64,000 nt of DNA from an uncultured Ignavibacteria bacterium (lineage in GTDB: Bacteria > Zixibacteria > MSB-5A5 > WJJR01 > JAJRUJ01), in the NCBI GenBank assembly GCA_964461835.1, contig CAYWVO010000002.1:23600-87599 (forward strand), read 5' to 3'. Positions 1 through 10,509 of this stretch are shown piece by piece. Made by a program: the position numbers and the translations under genes. The number at the start of each line of letters is the position of its first letter. The stretch's first letter is position 1. The notes under the pieces were generated by a model. It ran no database searches. It saw nothing but the letters and a program-made list of their open reading frames with translations, and had not been told where the DNA came from.

Positions 1-1643
1 AAATTAATCTGTCTTCCGACCAGGAGGCCGAGGCCGTTGTCGAATTATTGTCACCCGAGCGGGAAAAGGGCGCAGACGCGGTCTTCACGGTCGCCGACAT
101 TAATGAACAAAAGAAAACCCGCAATCCGTCGCCCCCCTATATCACCAGTACCCTGCAACAGGACGCCGCCCGTCGCCTCCGGTTTTCCCCGAAGAAGACA
201 ATGATGGTGGCCCAGCAACTCTACGAAGGGGTGGAAGTTGGCAAACAGGGTTCGGTCAGCTTGATCACGTATATGCGGACCGACTCGGTCCGCATTGCCA
301 AAGAGGCGTCCGTCCAGGCCAAGTCATATATTATCAAGACCTATGGAGAAGAATTCTATCCAAAGAAACCCCGCTTTTTTAAGACCAAGGGAAAATCGCA
401 AGACGCTCATGAAGCGATTCGACCCACCTACTTCGGTCAGCCTCCGGAACGCGTTAAATCATCCCTGACCCGCGATCAATTCCGGTTGTACAAACTAATC
501 TGGGAACGTTTTCTGGCCTCCCAGATGGCACCGGCGCGGGTGGTGCGTACCTCGGTGACGATTAACGCGGCTAATGAAACGCATGTTCCGGATAAGACCT
601 TTGAGTTCAAAGCCGGCGACGAAACGGTCGAGTTTGAGGGTTATCTCAAGATTTACGAAGATTTGCCCGCGGAAAACGGCAACGGCAAAAAGCAGCCGAA
701 ATTGCCGGTATTAAAAGAATCCGATAACCTTCTCTGTGACGCAATCAAGCCGGAGCAGCACTTCACCAAACCGCCGGCCCGTTATTCTGAAGCGTCCCTG
801 GTGCGGGAGTTGGAAAGCAACGGCATTGGCCGACCCTCCACCTACGCACAGATTATCGCGACAATTATGGCCCGCAATTACGTGCTTTTGGAGAATCGCC
901 GGTTATCACCAACGGAACTGGGAGAGGTGGTAAACCGGGTTCTGGTGGAGAACTTTCCGGATTTATTCAATGTCGAGTTTACCGCCCAGATGGAGAGTGA
1001 ACTCGACCGTATTGAAACCGGTGAAGAAAATTGGAAAGTGGTGCTCGGTGAGTTCTATTCGCCGTTCCGCAATGCACTGGAGGAAGTCAAGGCGAATGCG
1101 TCACAGATTAAGGCCTCAACACAGGACGAAACAGACGAGGTCTGCGATAAATGCGGCAAACCGATGGTGATCAAGTGGTCGAAGACCGGCAAGTTTTTGG
1201 CCTGTTCCGGCTATCCGGAGTGCCGCAACACCAAACCGCTGGACAGTGGCGGCGAGCCGCAGGAAACCGGCGAGGTTTGTGAGAAGTGTGGTGCGCCGAT
1301 GGTTATCCGCACCGGCCGCTACGGTCAGTTTTTGGCCTGTTCCGCCTATCCCAAATGCAAAAACACCAAAGCCGTTCCCACCGGAGTGCAATGCCCGGAA
1401 GAGGGATGCAGCGGGCAGTTGGTGCAGCGCATGAGCCGCCGGAAAAAGGTCTTTTACTCCTGCTCCCGTTACCCGGACTGCACTTACGTGATTTGGGACA
1501 AGCCGGTTAAGCAGGTGTGTCCGGCGTGTGATCATCCCTTCATGGTCGAAAAGAACACCAAGGCCCGCGGGGAACATCTTAAGTGTCCGGCGTGCGGACA
1601 TATAATTGAAGCGCCGCAAGTGTCGGAGCGTATGTCGGCGTAA
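1..1643 (+). CDS. topA: DNA topoisomerase I, C-terminal part (5' end lies outside the window; frame is open from nt 3)
   Basis: The frame is open from the window edge. The translation contains conserved TopA core motifs (YITYMRTDS, GRPSTYA) followed by several C4 zinc-ribbon repeats (CDKCGKPM, CEKCGAPM, CPACDH...CPACGH), typical of the bacterial Topo I C-terminus. Confidence 0.9.
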   Translation, partial: INLSSDQEAEAVVELLSPEREKGADAVFTVADINEQKKTRNPSPPYITSTLQQDAARRLRFSPKKTMMVAQQLYEGVEVGKQGSVSLITYMRTDSVRIAKEASVQAKSYIIKTYGEEFYPKKPRFFKTKGKSQDAHEAIRPTYFGQPPERVKSSLTRDQFRLYKLIWERFLASQMAPARVVRTSVTINAANETHVPDKTFEFKAGDETVEFEGYLKIYEDLPAENGNGKKQPKLPVLKESDNLLCDAIKPEQHFTKPPARYSEASLVRELESNGIGRPSTYAQIIATIMARNYVLLENRRLSPTELGEVVNRVLVENFPDLFNVEFTAQMESELDRIETGEENWKVVLGEFYSPFRNALEEVKANASQIKASTQDETDEVCDKCGKPMVIKWSKTGKFLACSGYPECRNTKPLDSGGEPQETGEVCEKCGAPMVIRTGRYGQFLACSAYPKCKNTKAVPTGVQCPEEGCSGQLVQRMSRRKKVFYSCSRYPDCTYVIWDKPVKQVCPACDHPFMVEKNTKARGEHLKCPACGHIIEAPQVSERMSA

Positions 1644-1661
1644 TCTTCGGGGAGAGAACGC

Positions 1662-2009
1662 ATGGCGGTGGATGCGAATTTGCTGTTGGTCCTTCGCTCA
1701 GAAAACCTTGGCGAGGGGGAGCCCGACCTGGGCGCGAAATTAATGAGCAGTTTCTTGAAGACGTTACTCGAGTCCGGCAATATTCCCGAAAAGATTATTT
1801 GTATGAACAGCGGAGTTTTTCTGACGACCGAGAATTCTCCGGTTACGGAACAACTCAAGCAATTCGCTGCTTCCGGTTCAGAGATTTTGTCTTGCAGCAC
1901 TTGCCTGAATTATTTCGGCCGGACAGACAAACTCGTTGTGGGTAAGCCAACCGATATGAAGGCGATTGTTGGCGTCATGCTGCATTACCGGCGCATTCTT
2001 TCGCCGTAA
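1662..2009 (+). CDS. DsrE/DsrF-like (YchN-fold) small protein
   Basis: 115 aa. Resembles the DsrE/TusD-like family, with a conserved Cys cluster (SCSTC). There is a GGAGAG-like RBS immediately downstream of the topA stop. Confidence 0.45.
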   Translation: MAVDANLLLVLRSENLGEGEPDLGAKLMSSFLKTLLESGNIPEKIICMNSGVFLTTENSPVTEQLKQFAASGSEILSCSTCLNYFGRTDKLVVGKPTDMKAIVGVMLHYRRILSP

Positions 2010-2012
2010 AGA

Positions 2013-3356
2013 TCACCCACTGGTCGCTCGCATGGGTTGCCACCGCCAATAGGTGAGCGACCGCCAAAGCCACTCCGCAGGCCCAAAGCGAAACCGCGCG
2101 AACCACCACGGGCTGATGATAAGCTGCAATATCCACGTACCGACGACAAAGCCCATCAGCCAGAACCGATCAATCGTGCCGTACAGCCCCAAACCATATC
2201 CGTAGAAGATGGTGGTCAGAATCACCGACTGCATCAAGTAGTTCGTCAGGGCCATTTGCCCCACTGCGGAGAGCCGGCGTTTCCATGCAGTCCAGATATC
2301 TGACTTGCAGAGGAGCATAACCATGCTGATGTGAGCCAGGGCGACCAGGATACTGCCGAAGTAACTAAAATGGCTACTGATCAGCCAATGCCGGGCAAAA
2401 TCGAATTCATGAGCAGTCTGCTGCCAATAGCCGAGGAAAACTACGGGCAGCCCTACACCATATCCGCTGGCCGCCAGCCGGGCATAAAACTTCCGTGAAC
2501 GGCCGGCGGAGAAGACGCCGGCTTTCATCAACGCCATCCCTAATAACATCAATGCACAGACGCGCCAAAAGATCATAAAGGGCATTGCCTGGAGGTGCAT
2601 CATCAGGCTACTCTCTACGCGTTTCTCCAGGATACCGGCGAAACCGTTCTGCCGGATGGCAACGTTTTTCTGTAAATCCTCCTCGGTGGGTTTGAAGAAC
2701 TCCCTCATTTCGCTGAACCCGGCAACCATTTCAACTTGCCACTGTAGAGGTTCCTTTCCTTCCGCCCGTGTTTGCGCGATCTCTTGCTCAACCTTGCGGG
2801 CATACATCATGAAGCCACCGCTCGCCGCCCGCAACGCGGCGCCTACGAACAGCAAAATCACTGCGAGAATAATCAGCACCTTGGGTGAGCGTTTGCGGAA
2901 GGGATACAACACCAATCCGCACAGAGCGTAGGGGACGAGAATATCACCGGACCAGATTCCATAGGCGTGAATACCACCGATGACCAACAGCCACAGCATT
3001 CGCCGGTAGTATATGCCTTTCAGGGAGCGGTCGGCCGCTTCCGCCCGCCGCAGCATAAGGATGAGCCCGGCGCCGAACAGCATGGAAAATATCGCCATGA
3101 ACTTCTCGTCAAAAAAGAGATGCGTGAACGCCCAGGTTCCATGGTGTAAAGGCCCTGAGCCGCCATAGGCCAGGGGGTTGGAATAGCCGGCGAACGGCAT
3201 AGCGAACGCGTAAATGTTCATTACCAGGATTCCCAGGATTGCCACGCCGCGCAGGGTATCGACACTGGTAATCCGTGCATCTTGAGTAACCGGTCCAAAT
3301 AATGCGTCGCCCGGCTTATCTCCTGAAGGCTGCGTGCTGACTGCCAGGTCGCTCAT
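2013..3356 (-). CDS. DUF418/YeiB-like integral membrane protein
   Basis: Polytopic membrane protein with the family-typical N-terminal motif DTLRGVAILGILVMN. I shortened the start to the ATG at 3356, which has an AAGGAG Shine-Dalgarno 8-13 nt upstream; the ORF-track start at 3419 lacks an RBS. Confidence 0.6.
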   Translation of the reverse strand: MSDLAVSTQPSGDKPGDALFGPVTQDARITSVDTLRGVAILGILVMNIYAFAMPFAGYSNPLAYGGSGPLHHGTWAFTHLFFDEKFMAIFSMLFGAGLILMLRRAEAADRSLKGIYYRRMLWLLVIGGIHAYGIWSGDILVPYALCGLVLYPFRKRSPKVLIILAVILLFVGAALRAASGGFMMYARKVEQEIAQTRAEGKEPLQWQVEMVAGFSEMREFFKPTEEDLQKNVAIRQNGFAGILEKRVESSLMMHLQAMPFMIFWRVCALMLLGMALMKAGVFSAGRSRKFYARLAASGYGVGLPVVFLGYWQQTAHEFDFARHWLISSHFSYFGSILVALAHISMVMLLCKSDIWTAWKRRLSAVGQMALTNYLMQSVILTTIFYGYGLGLYGTIDRFWLMGFVVGTWILQLIISPWWFARFRFGPAEWLWRSLTYWRWQPMRATSG

Positions 3357-3506
3357 ACAATCTACACTCCTTGACCGCAATATTAGACACCTACGGAGAA
3401 AATATAGCAGAAGTTGCACGGGGGAGAAATGTCTTTACATCGGACGATTTGACCTCTATTGTCTGTGGCAGGGGCTGGATTGTGTCTGCATGATCACGGG
3501 TTTTTT

Positions 3507-4427
3507 ATGACAACGCATCTGACGGCACTCATGGCGAGCTTTCTGGAGGAGTTGGAACGTATTCGCCGCTACTCGCCGCACACGACCCGCAGCTACCGGG
3601 TCGATCTCGAATTGTTTGCCCAACATTGCGGGCAACGCAATATTACCACTGTTACCGACGCAGCGCAGGTAACGATGATCATGGATTATTTGTCAGCCCG
3701 GCGCCGCCACGGCGACAGCCAGCGGACCCTGGCGCGGCGGACTTCGAGCCTGCGGTCCTTTTTTCGCGCGGTCGCTCGCCAGGGGCACCTGGAAGGCGAT
3801 GTGGCCGATTTGTTTCCCTCCTTGAAAATCTCGAAGACCTTGCCCCGGTTTCTTAGTGAAGATGTTATGACGCGATGGCTGGATGCTCTTCCCAATGCCA
3901 CCATCTGGGACGCTCGTGATCGCGCACTGGTGCTGGTATTCTATGCGACCGGGGCGCGGTTGGCAGAAATTGCCGGCCTTACCTGGGAGGCGGTGGATGA
4001 AAACAATGAGCGCCTGCGTGTGTTGGGCAAGGGCAACAAGTACCGGTTGATTCCGCTTGGGTCGGCGGCGACTCAGGGACTACTGACCTACCGCGAAAAA
4101 GTTGCTGACGAATTTGGCGCCGACCAGACCGGCCCGACAACGGCTGTCTTCATTAATCCCAAGGGGAATCGCTTGACCACGCGATCGTTGGCCCGTATTC
4201 TCGCCCGGCGTTTTGCCGCAATTGCGAGCGGCGGGAAAGTGCACCCGCATATGATCAGACATACCTTTGCCACGCATTTGATTAATCGCGGGGCGGATCT
4301 GATGGCCATCAAGGAAATCCTCGGTCATCAATCCGTCGAGACAACGCAGGTTTACACCCATGTCTCGAATGCGTATCTAAAGAAAACATACAAACAGGCT
4401 TTCCCGCGTGCGGAAAGGGCAGAGTAA
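3507..4427 (+). CDS. xerC: tyrosine site-specific recombinase XerC/XerD
   Basis: Phage-integrase-family N-terminal SAM-like domain plus a catalytic domain with conserved R...HxxR...Y residues ([17 protein letters not shown]). It sits immediately upstream of hslVU with overlapping stop/start, the classical xerC-hslV-hslU arrangement. Start chosen at the MTTHL ATG. Confidence 0.8.
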   Translation: MTTHLTALMASFLEELERIRRYSPHTTRSYRVDLELFAQHCGQRNITTVTDAAQVTMIMDYLSARRRHGDSQRTLARRTSSLRSFFRAVARQGHLEGDVADLFPSLKISKTLPRFLSEDVMTRWLDALPNATIWDARDRALVLVFYATGARLAEIAGLTWEAVDENNERLRVLGKGNKYRLIPLGSAATQGLLTYREKVADEFGADQTGPTTAVFINPKGNRLTTRSLARILARRFAAIASGGKVHPHMIRHTFATHLINRGADLMAIKEILGHQSVETTQVYTHVSNAYLKKTYKQAFPRAERAE

Positions 4428-4960
4428 TGCAATATCGTTCGACAACTATTATCGGTGTCCGTTATAAAGGCGAGGTCGCGCTGGGCGGTGACGGGCAGGT
4501 GACCCTGGATGATACGATTCTCAAACAGTCGGCAAAGAAGATCCGGCGGCTCCATGAAGATCAGATTCTCGCGGGCTTCGCTGGTTCCTCCGGGGACGCA
4601 GTGACGTTATTCGAGCGGTTCGAGCAAAAAATCGAGGAATTTGGCGGAAACCTGCCCCGGGCAGCCGTAGAACTGGCCAAGGACTGGCGGATGGACAAAT
4701 ACCTGCGCCGTCTCGAGGCGCTGCTGATCGTGATGGATAAAAATCATTCGTTACTAATCTCCGGGAACGGGGACGTGATCGAGCCGGACGACGATGTGCT
4801 GGCGGTCGGCTCGGGGGCGCCGTATGCGGTAGCGGCGGCCCGTGCCCTGGTCCACCACGCCAAAATGGACGCCGCGAAAATTGTCAAGACGGCACTGGAG
4901 ATTGCCGCTGACATCTGCGTATATACCAACCGCGATATCAATGTTGAGGTATTAAAGTGA
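4427..4960 (+). CDS. hslV: ATP-dependent protease subunit HslV
   Basis: 177 aa with an N-terminal TTIIGVRY (Thr-2 nucleophile) and clear HslV family similarity. Translationally coupled to xerC and hslU. Confidence 0.9.
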   Translation: MQYRSTTIIGVRYKGEVALGGDGQVTLDDTILKQSAKKIRRLHEDQILAGFAGSSGDAVTLFERFEQKIEEFGGNLPRAAVELAKDWRMDKYLRRLEALLIVMDKNHSLLISGNGDVIEPDDDVLAVGSGAPYAVAAARALVHHAKMDAAKIVKTALEIAADICVYTNRDINVEVLK

Positions 4961-6306
4961 TCGAAGAGTTGACACCCCGGGAAATAGTTAAAGAGCTGGA
5001 CCGCTATATTATCGGGCAGGACGCCGCCAAGAAATCAGTGGCGATCGCCCTGCGCAACCGCTGGCGCCGTCGACAAATCGCCGATGATCTCCGCCAGGAA
5101 ATCCTGCCCAATAATATCATCATGATCGGCCCGACCGGGGTCGGCAAGACCGAAATCGCGCGGCGGCTCGCCAGCTTGGCGCAAGCGCCGTTTCTTAAGG
5201 TTGAGGCGTCGAAATTCACCGAAGTTGGATATGTCGGACGTGATGTGGAATCGATGATCCGGGATTTGACCGACCTGGCGGTCAATATGGTGAAAAACGA
5301 AAAAGCGGAAAGTGTTGCCGACCGCGCGCGGGAACTGGCGGAAGAACGCCTGCTGGATTTATTGTTGCCGCGACGGGCGCCCACCACCGAGGGGCAGGTC
5401 ATGGAACCCGAAGCCATGGCCCGGTGGGAACGAACCCGGGAAAAATTGCGGGAGCAGCTCGAAGAAGGCCTACTGGATCAAAAGCAAATTGAACTGGAAA
5501 CGAAAGAATCCCGTTTCCCGGTCGTTGAGGTCTTTTCGCCGATGGGCATGGAGGAACTCGGCGTCAATTTTCAGGAAATGTTCTCGGAAATGATGCCGAA
5601 GAAGCCCAAGAAACGCAGACTCTCAGTGGAAGAAGCGCGAAAGATCCTGATCAACGAGGAGATTAATAAGCTGGTCGACATGGACGATGTCATTGCCGCA
5701 GCGCTGGAGCGCGTCCAGGAATCCGGCATCGTCTTCATCGACGAAATCGACAAAATCGCCGGCGAACGCTCCAAGTCCGGGCCCGATGTGTCGCGCGAAG
5801 GCGTGCAGCGCGATATCCTGCCGATTGTCGAAGGCACCAACGTTACGACCAAATACGGGATGATCAAGACCGATCATGTTCTCTTTATTGCTGCCGGCGC
5901 ATTTCATGCCGCCAAACCGGCCGACCTGATTCCCGAGTTGCAGGGGCGATTTCCGATCCGCGTCGAACTGGACAACCTCAGCCGTGACGATTTCGTGCGC
6001 ATTCTCACCGAACCCGAAAACGCCCTGATCAAACAATACCGCGCGTTGTTGGATACCGAAGGGGTGCGGCTGGCCTTTAATAAGGACGCAATTGCGGAAA
6101 TTGCCGAGACGGCGATGATCGTTAATGATCGCGCGGAGAATATCGGCGCGCGCCGCTTACACACCGTGATGACTACCTTGTTGGAAGACACGTTGTTTGA
6201 CGCGCCGACGATGAAGAAAAAATCCTTTAAAGTAACACGAACACTGGTGCAGAAAAACTTAAAAGACATCATTGAAGATGAGGACCTGTCGCGCTATATC
6301 CTCTGA
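4957..6306 (+). CDS. hslU: ATP-dependent protease ATPase subunit HslU
   Basis: 449 aa. Walker A motif [15 protein letters not shown]. The I-domain insertion and the C-terminus ([13 protein letters not shown]...SRYIL) are typical of HslU. Confidence 0.9.
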   Translation: MIEELTPREIVKELDRYIIGQDAAKKSVAIALRNRWRRRQIADDLRQEILPNNIIMIGPTGVGKTEIARRLASLAQAPFLKVEASKFTEVGYVGRDVESMIRDLTDLAVNMVKNEKAESVADRARELAEERLLDLLLPRRAPTTEGQVMEPEAMARWERTREKLREQLEEGLLDQKQIELETKESRFPVVEVFSPMGMEELGVNFQEMFSEMMPKKPKKRRLSVEEARKILINEEINKLVDMDDVIAAALERVQESGIVFIDEIDKIAGERSKSGPDVSREGVQRDILPIVEGTNVTTKYGMIKTDHVLFIAAGAFHAAKPADLIPELQGRFPIRVELDNLSRDDFVRILTEPENALIKQYRALLDTEGVRLAFNKDAIAEIAETAMIVNDRAENIGARRLHTVMTTLLEDTLFDAPTMKKKSFKVTRTLVQKNLKDIIEDEDLSRYIL

Positions 6307-6360
6307 CCCCCGGCGCGATACGAATACTATCATAAACTGCCTGCCAAGTTGAGGTATCCC

Positions 6361-7272
6361 ATGACCAAGGATTTTCTCAAGATTGCGGACTGGACCGACC
6401 AGGACATCCGCGAAACGCTTGAACTGGCTTCACAATTTAAAGCCGGCGCCGAGCCACCCCAGGTGATGGCCGGTAAGAGTGCCGCACTCATTTTTTACAC
6501 CCCGTCCCTGCGGACCCGCATCTCGTTTGAGATCGGCATTTCCCAGATGGGCGGTCATAGTATGTTTATCACTGACGCCGAAATAAGTCTCGGCGTGCGG
6601 GAGACGATCGCCGACGTCGCTCGGGTGCTCTCGCGGTACGTGTCACTGATTACCATTCGCACCTTGAATCAGGATGCCATTGAGGAACTGGCTGCATATG
6701 CGTCTGTGCCGGTGATCAATGCCTTGACCGAACGCTACCATCCCTGCCAGGTGATGGGGGATATCCTGACGGCCAAGGAACACCTGGGGCGCATCGATAA
6801 TCTGAGTATCGCCTTCATGGGCGACGGCAATAACACCTTTCACTCCTGGACTAACCTCGCCGCGCTCATTCCGCTGGATTTGCGGCTGGGCACCAGCGCG
6901 GAAACGATGCCGGACGAGGAGATTGTGGAATTTGCCCGCTCGCAGGGCAAATCCAAAATCACCATTACGCACGATCCCTACGAAGCTGTTGCGGGTGCGG
7001 ATGTTATCTATACGGACGTGTGGGCCTCTATGGGTTATAAAGAGCTGGGCGATCAACGCCAGAAAATCCTAAGCGATTTCCAGGTCAACGCCGACCTAGT
7101 AAAAAGAGCAAAAGCGTCCGCAATCGTGATGCACTGTTTGCCGGCTGAGCGTGGCCGGGAGATCACCGACGAGGTCATGGACGGGCCACACTCGGTAGTT
7201 TTCGATGAAGCGGAAAATCGGCTGCACGTGCAGAAGGCAATTATCGTGCGGCTCATGCAACAGCAACCATGA
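6361..7272 (+). CDS. argF: ornithine carbamoyltransferase
   Basis: Carbamoyl-phosphate binding motif STRTR, ornithine-binding HCLP motif (MHCLPAERGRE) and HPCQ; about 300 aa. Start set at the ATG at 6361, which has GAGG 6 nt upstream; the ORF-track start at 6349 is a TTG. Confidence 0.85.
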   Translation: MTKDFLKIADWTDQDIRETLELASQFKAGAEPPQVMAGKSAALIFYTPSLRTRISFEIGISQMGGHSMFITDAEISLGVRETIADVARVLSRYVSLITIRTLNQDAIEELAAYASVPVINALTERYHPCQVMGDILTAKEHLGRIDNLSIAFMGDGNNTFHSWTNLAALIPLDLRLGTSAETMPDEEIVEFARSQGKSKITITHDPYEAVAGADVIYTDVWASMGYKELGDQRQKILSDFQVNADLVKRAKASAIVMHCLPAERGREITDEVMDGPHSVVFDEAENRLHVQKAIIVRLMQQQP

Positions 7273-7283
7273 GGAGTTTGCCC

Positions 7284-8132
7284 ATGCGCACTATGGTTCA
7301 ATCGGCCGCTGTGTTAGTTCTGGCCGCGGTGTTTCTTGGTGGGTGCAGTTCCCCGTCTGACACCACCCCCAGCCTGTCGGCCAGCGAAAAGTACGAGTTA
7401 GTTGAGGAAGACATCGATTCCTTCGTCAAAAGCTTCACCACGTTTGTCACCCAGGACCTGAGTAGCTTTCAGCGTTTCGATCCGGCCACGGCGGCGACCC
7501 GTCCACTGGGCAAGCCGGCCGTAGTTACCGATAGTGTGATCACGTATGACACCGCGTATGTGAACGGCTGGCATATTATCACGGCGACCGGCATCTCCGA
7601 GAATGAATCCGTGTCGATTACCGACAGCCTGCGCTTTCTTGATCTGGCCGGTACGCCCCAGTATGAACCGAACCCGGCCACGACCGACGCGGTGTATTTA
7701 CGCGAGCATGTTACGATGTCGATCGCAATCCCGGATTTTAATATGAGTCTGTCCATGGATATGGATGGCGCGTTTTCGTTCAGCGGCTTCCAGTCGCCCA
7801 TGATCATTGCGGATGGCGCCATGGATATGACCATGGTGATGGGATTCGAAACCGAGCACGGTCCTACGACAATGGATATGACGTATGACCTGGAGATCAA
7901 CGACATTGCCGTGTCCAATCCCGAGCAGGGCGGTAATGGATGTATTACCGGTGGGTCGTTTGTGATCGCATTCTCAGCAGCGGTCGACGGTTACGACGAG
8001 AACGGTCAACATATCAACGAAACCGTCAACGCATACATCACGCTCACCTTCAGTGGTAGTAGCGGTATCTATACCACCACCATTGATGGCAGCAATTTCA
8101 CCGAATCGTTTGACGGCTGCGATTTGGAATAA
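7284..8132 (+). CDS. hypothetical lipoprotein (Met/Asp-rich)
   Basis: Signal peptide with a lipobox (LAAVFLGGCSS). GAGGAG RBS before the ATG at 7284. No recognisable domain. Confidence 0.5.
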   Translation: MRTMVQSAAVLVLAAVFLGGCSSPSDTTPSLSASEKYELVEEDIDSFVKSFTTFVTQDLSSFQRFDPATAATRPLGKPAVVTDSVITYDTAYVNGWHIITATGISENESVSITDSLRFLDLAGTPQYEPNPATTDAVYLREHVTMSIAIPDFNMSLSMDMDGAFSFSGFQSPMIIADGAMDMTMVMGFETEHGPTTMDMTYDLEINDIAVSNPEQGGNGCITGGSFVIAFSAAVDGYDENGQHINETVNAYITLTFSGSSGIYTTTIDGSNFTESFDGCDLE

Positions 8133-8157
8133 TTGACCCCAAAAAAACATTTCTCCA

Positions 8158-8192
8158 GCGGCGGCTCTGCGGGGCCGCCGTTTGTGTTGGAT
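8158..8192 (+). terminator. rho-independent terminator of the lipoprotein gene
   Basis: GC-rich hairpin CGGCGGC-tctgcggg-GCCGCCG followed by TTTGTGTT, 26 nt after the stop codon. Confidence 0.55.
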
Positions 8193-8879
8193 TACAGATG
8201 CTTATCACGATCCATGAGCGTAATTGATAAATGAGGATGCATATACTCCTCATTAAGGCTGGATTGTTCCCTTGACCAGGAAAGGTAATTACTTTATCTG
8301 ATACAGTGTACAGTTGTTGTATCTAAGAGCCTTTCATCATTCCTGCGCAGAAAGCACCGTGTATGTAAAAGCATTATGACTGGGCGGTGCCCCGTGGCTT
8401 GCGGAGGGAGTGCATTGGGGAGAAGGTATTGGTGTTGACAGGCAGTGCTCTTCATTGTGCAATGAGGCTACTCCCGCAGCAATTGCTGGGGACCGAAGGA
8501 AATGGAAGAAATTGAGTGCAACGCGGTATAGTAGTTGGTTACTTTATGCGATGTGAGTACATTATGACAGCAATTGTTCGCGAACGAACAGGCGGTTCGG
8601 ATGTCGAATAGACGCCACTATTGGATTGTCATCCCGGTAATTGTTCCGTTGCTTTTTGCGCTCTTCATGACTACGTGCAGTAGGAACCCCACTGATAGTA
8701 GAGAAGAGTCTAATTGGGTCATCCTTAACGAGGGGAATGAGATAAGCGACGCTGTCCTGTTTCAGCGTAAGCTGGACAAATCTTGCGTTTAGAAGTTGCT
8801 GGTTTTCGTCGGTTCTTCGGGCTAGGTTATAGGGAGGAGGACAGATGTTCTAAACCAACCATTTTGGAAGAGGAAATCT

Positions 8880-9140
8880 GGCCGGGTGGCCCACCCGACG
8901 TTGGGGAGTGTTGAAAGAGGATGGTGTCGAAACTATTTCCCCACACTTCCACCACCCCTGGACCCCAGCCTCCGCTGGGGTGACAAAGCAGGGCTCAGGG
9001 GTTTCGACCTGCATTGTACAATGAATCTACTGAAACGGCAAGCCGTGGTGCACCCGCGGTGTGTAGTATCTTGAAAATCGATCATCAACCCCAAATGAAG
9101 CCCGCCCGCGGCGGACCAAGTTTGGGGTTGCCACCCTTTC
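8880..9140 (+). ncRNA. candidate structured ncRNA of unknown class (nested long hairpin plus a 10-bp hairpin)
   Basis: Seen directly in the sequence: three nested stems, GTCGAAAC(8925)/GTTTCGAC(9002), CCCCTG/CAGGGG and CCCCAGC-ctcc-GCTGGGG, followed by CAACCCCAAA-N25-TTTGGGGTTG (9087-9131). The element sits in a 1.1 kb non-coding, low-GC island. Strand and exact ends were not determined. Confidence 0.25.
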
Positions 9141-9208
9141 CGCACGGTTCCTTCCCATGACTTGCTCGGCGCTGTTCGTTATACTATAACTGAGGCAGGA
9201 GGGACATC

Positions 9209-9646
9209 ATGTTGAAGGAAGTGGGCAAATATTCCGGCTGTTTTGTTTGTGGGGATAAAAACCCGGCCGGGTTGCAGGTTAAATTCTACGCCGATGAGAA
9301 TGGCGCGATCGGCGAATACACTGCTCAGGAGCAATTTCAGGGATATCACGGCATTCTGCACGGCGGGATCACCGCTGCCCTGCTGGATGAGATCATGATC
9401 AAGGCGGTCTTCGCACTGGATGTTGTCGTGGTGACCGCCGAGATGACGGCACGTTTCAAACGGCCCATTCGCACCGGCCAAAAGGTTACCTTTGCCGCCA
9501 AGATCGTAAATCGTCGGGGGCGTATCTATGAAACCGAAGGGGAGGGACGACTCGAGGACGGTACCGTGGTGGCCTCGGCAACGGGCAAATATTTACTTGT
9601 TCAGAAAGATTTCGAAGACGAGTTGGGCCAAAGTCTCGGCACTTGA
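9209..9646 (+). CDS. PaaI-family hotdog-fold thioesterase
   Basis: 145 aa. HGG motif (YHGILHGGITAALLDE) typical of PaaI/YbgC-like thioesterases. AGGAGGG RBS upstream. Confidence 0.7.
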   Translation: MLKEVGKYSGCFVCGDKNPAGLQVKFYADENGAIGEYTAQEQFQGYHGILHGGITAALLDEIMIKAVFALDVVVVTAEMTARFKRPIRTGQKVTFAAKIVNRRGRIYETEGEGRLEDGTVVASATGKYLLVQKDFEDELGQSLGT

Positions 9647-9849
9647 CCTGCAATGAGTAGGCAATCCCTTGCGAACTCAGCGGAAACCCGCCGGGCAACC
9701 ACGGACCATCCGATCCACCGTCGGCATCATAAGTCCCCAAACGACAAAGAGTAATAATCTGGCAGGGGATCTGATCACGTGCACGCCGCCCGTGGCATTC
9801 AGCGGCATCACATTTGCAGCAACTTCGGTTATGAGAAGGAGTTGCCGCG

Positions 9850-10329
9850 ATGCATTGTTATGTCTATGGGAAAATGCTCGAAGCCGACAGTAGAACCAAA
9901 CGTGGGATTGTGGCCTTTGCCGTTCCGGATCTCGGAATCCTATTCAAAAGCAATTTCAGCGGCTGGCAGATCGAATGTGAATATATGGCGCTCTTAACCT
10001 TTCTCCGTTTTGTTGAAAAGAACCCCAAGGTGTTCGCGCACAATAGGATTGAGATTCTCTCCAGCTCGGCCTCCCTGGTGTTTGATGCGACCGGCAAAGC
10101 CCCCCGTCATGTCCGGGCACGCAAGTTCAAGAAAACCGTCGAGCATTTCCGCAAAAAAATCCCCTTTTCCCTGCATTGGATTGCCGAGCAGGATAACCCG
10201 ACGCTCGAGGGAGTCTTTGACCTGCCACCGCTCTCCTCGCCGCCGGCGATCAATCATCCGCTGGTGCAATCTCCCGATGCGTCGGATCGGAAGCCCGGCG
10301 CTGAGTTTGGCCAATCTCGAGCGGATTGA
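9850..10329 (+). CDS. hypothetical protein
   Basis: 159-aa ORF with a perfect GAAGGAG RBS 7 nt upstream of the ATG. No recognisable domain. Confidence 0.4.
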   Translation: MHCYVYGKMLEADSRTKRGIVAFAVPDLGILFKSNFSGWQIECEYMALLTFLRFVEKNPKVFAHNRIEILSSSASLVFDATGKAPRHVRARKFKKTVEHFRKKIPFSLHWIAEQDNPTLEGVFDLPPLSSPPAINHPLVQSPDASDRKPGAEFGQSRAD

Positions 10330-10509
10330 AGTATCACGATCGGTGGATTACACTGTTCACGTCGCCATTGTCTTGCCAAAAAAAGATTAGTAAGCCATTT
10401 CGGGCGTACACTTTTTCGACCGATGACGTATATGAATACTATAAGGACGTGGAATGAGTTTCTCGGTGGATACAGGTATGGAGAATTTGCAGAGGGGAGA
10501 GGACGTGCA

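Noticed and set aside
3507-4427. Tyrosine recombinase as a marker of an integrated mobile element or prophage
   Set aside because: It is directly coupled to hslV-hslU, the conserved chromosomal xerC arrangement. There are no flanking att-like repeats, tRNA target or phage genes.
8880-9140. tmRNA, RNase P RNA, SRP RNA or 6S RNA in the structured noncoding region
   Set aside because: I searched by eye for hallmark motifs: tmRNA tRNA-like ends (GGGG...UUCGAC...CCACCA); RNase P P4 (GGAAAGUCCGGGCUCC / ACAGAACCCGGCUUA); and the SRP domain IV GGAA tetraloop motif. Only a GGGGTTTCGACC fragment without the matching 3' half was present. I therefore left the class open rather than name a known RNA.
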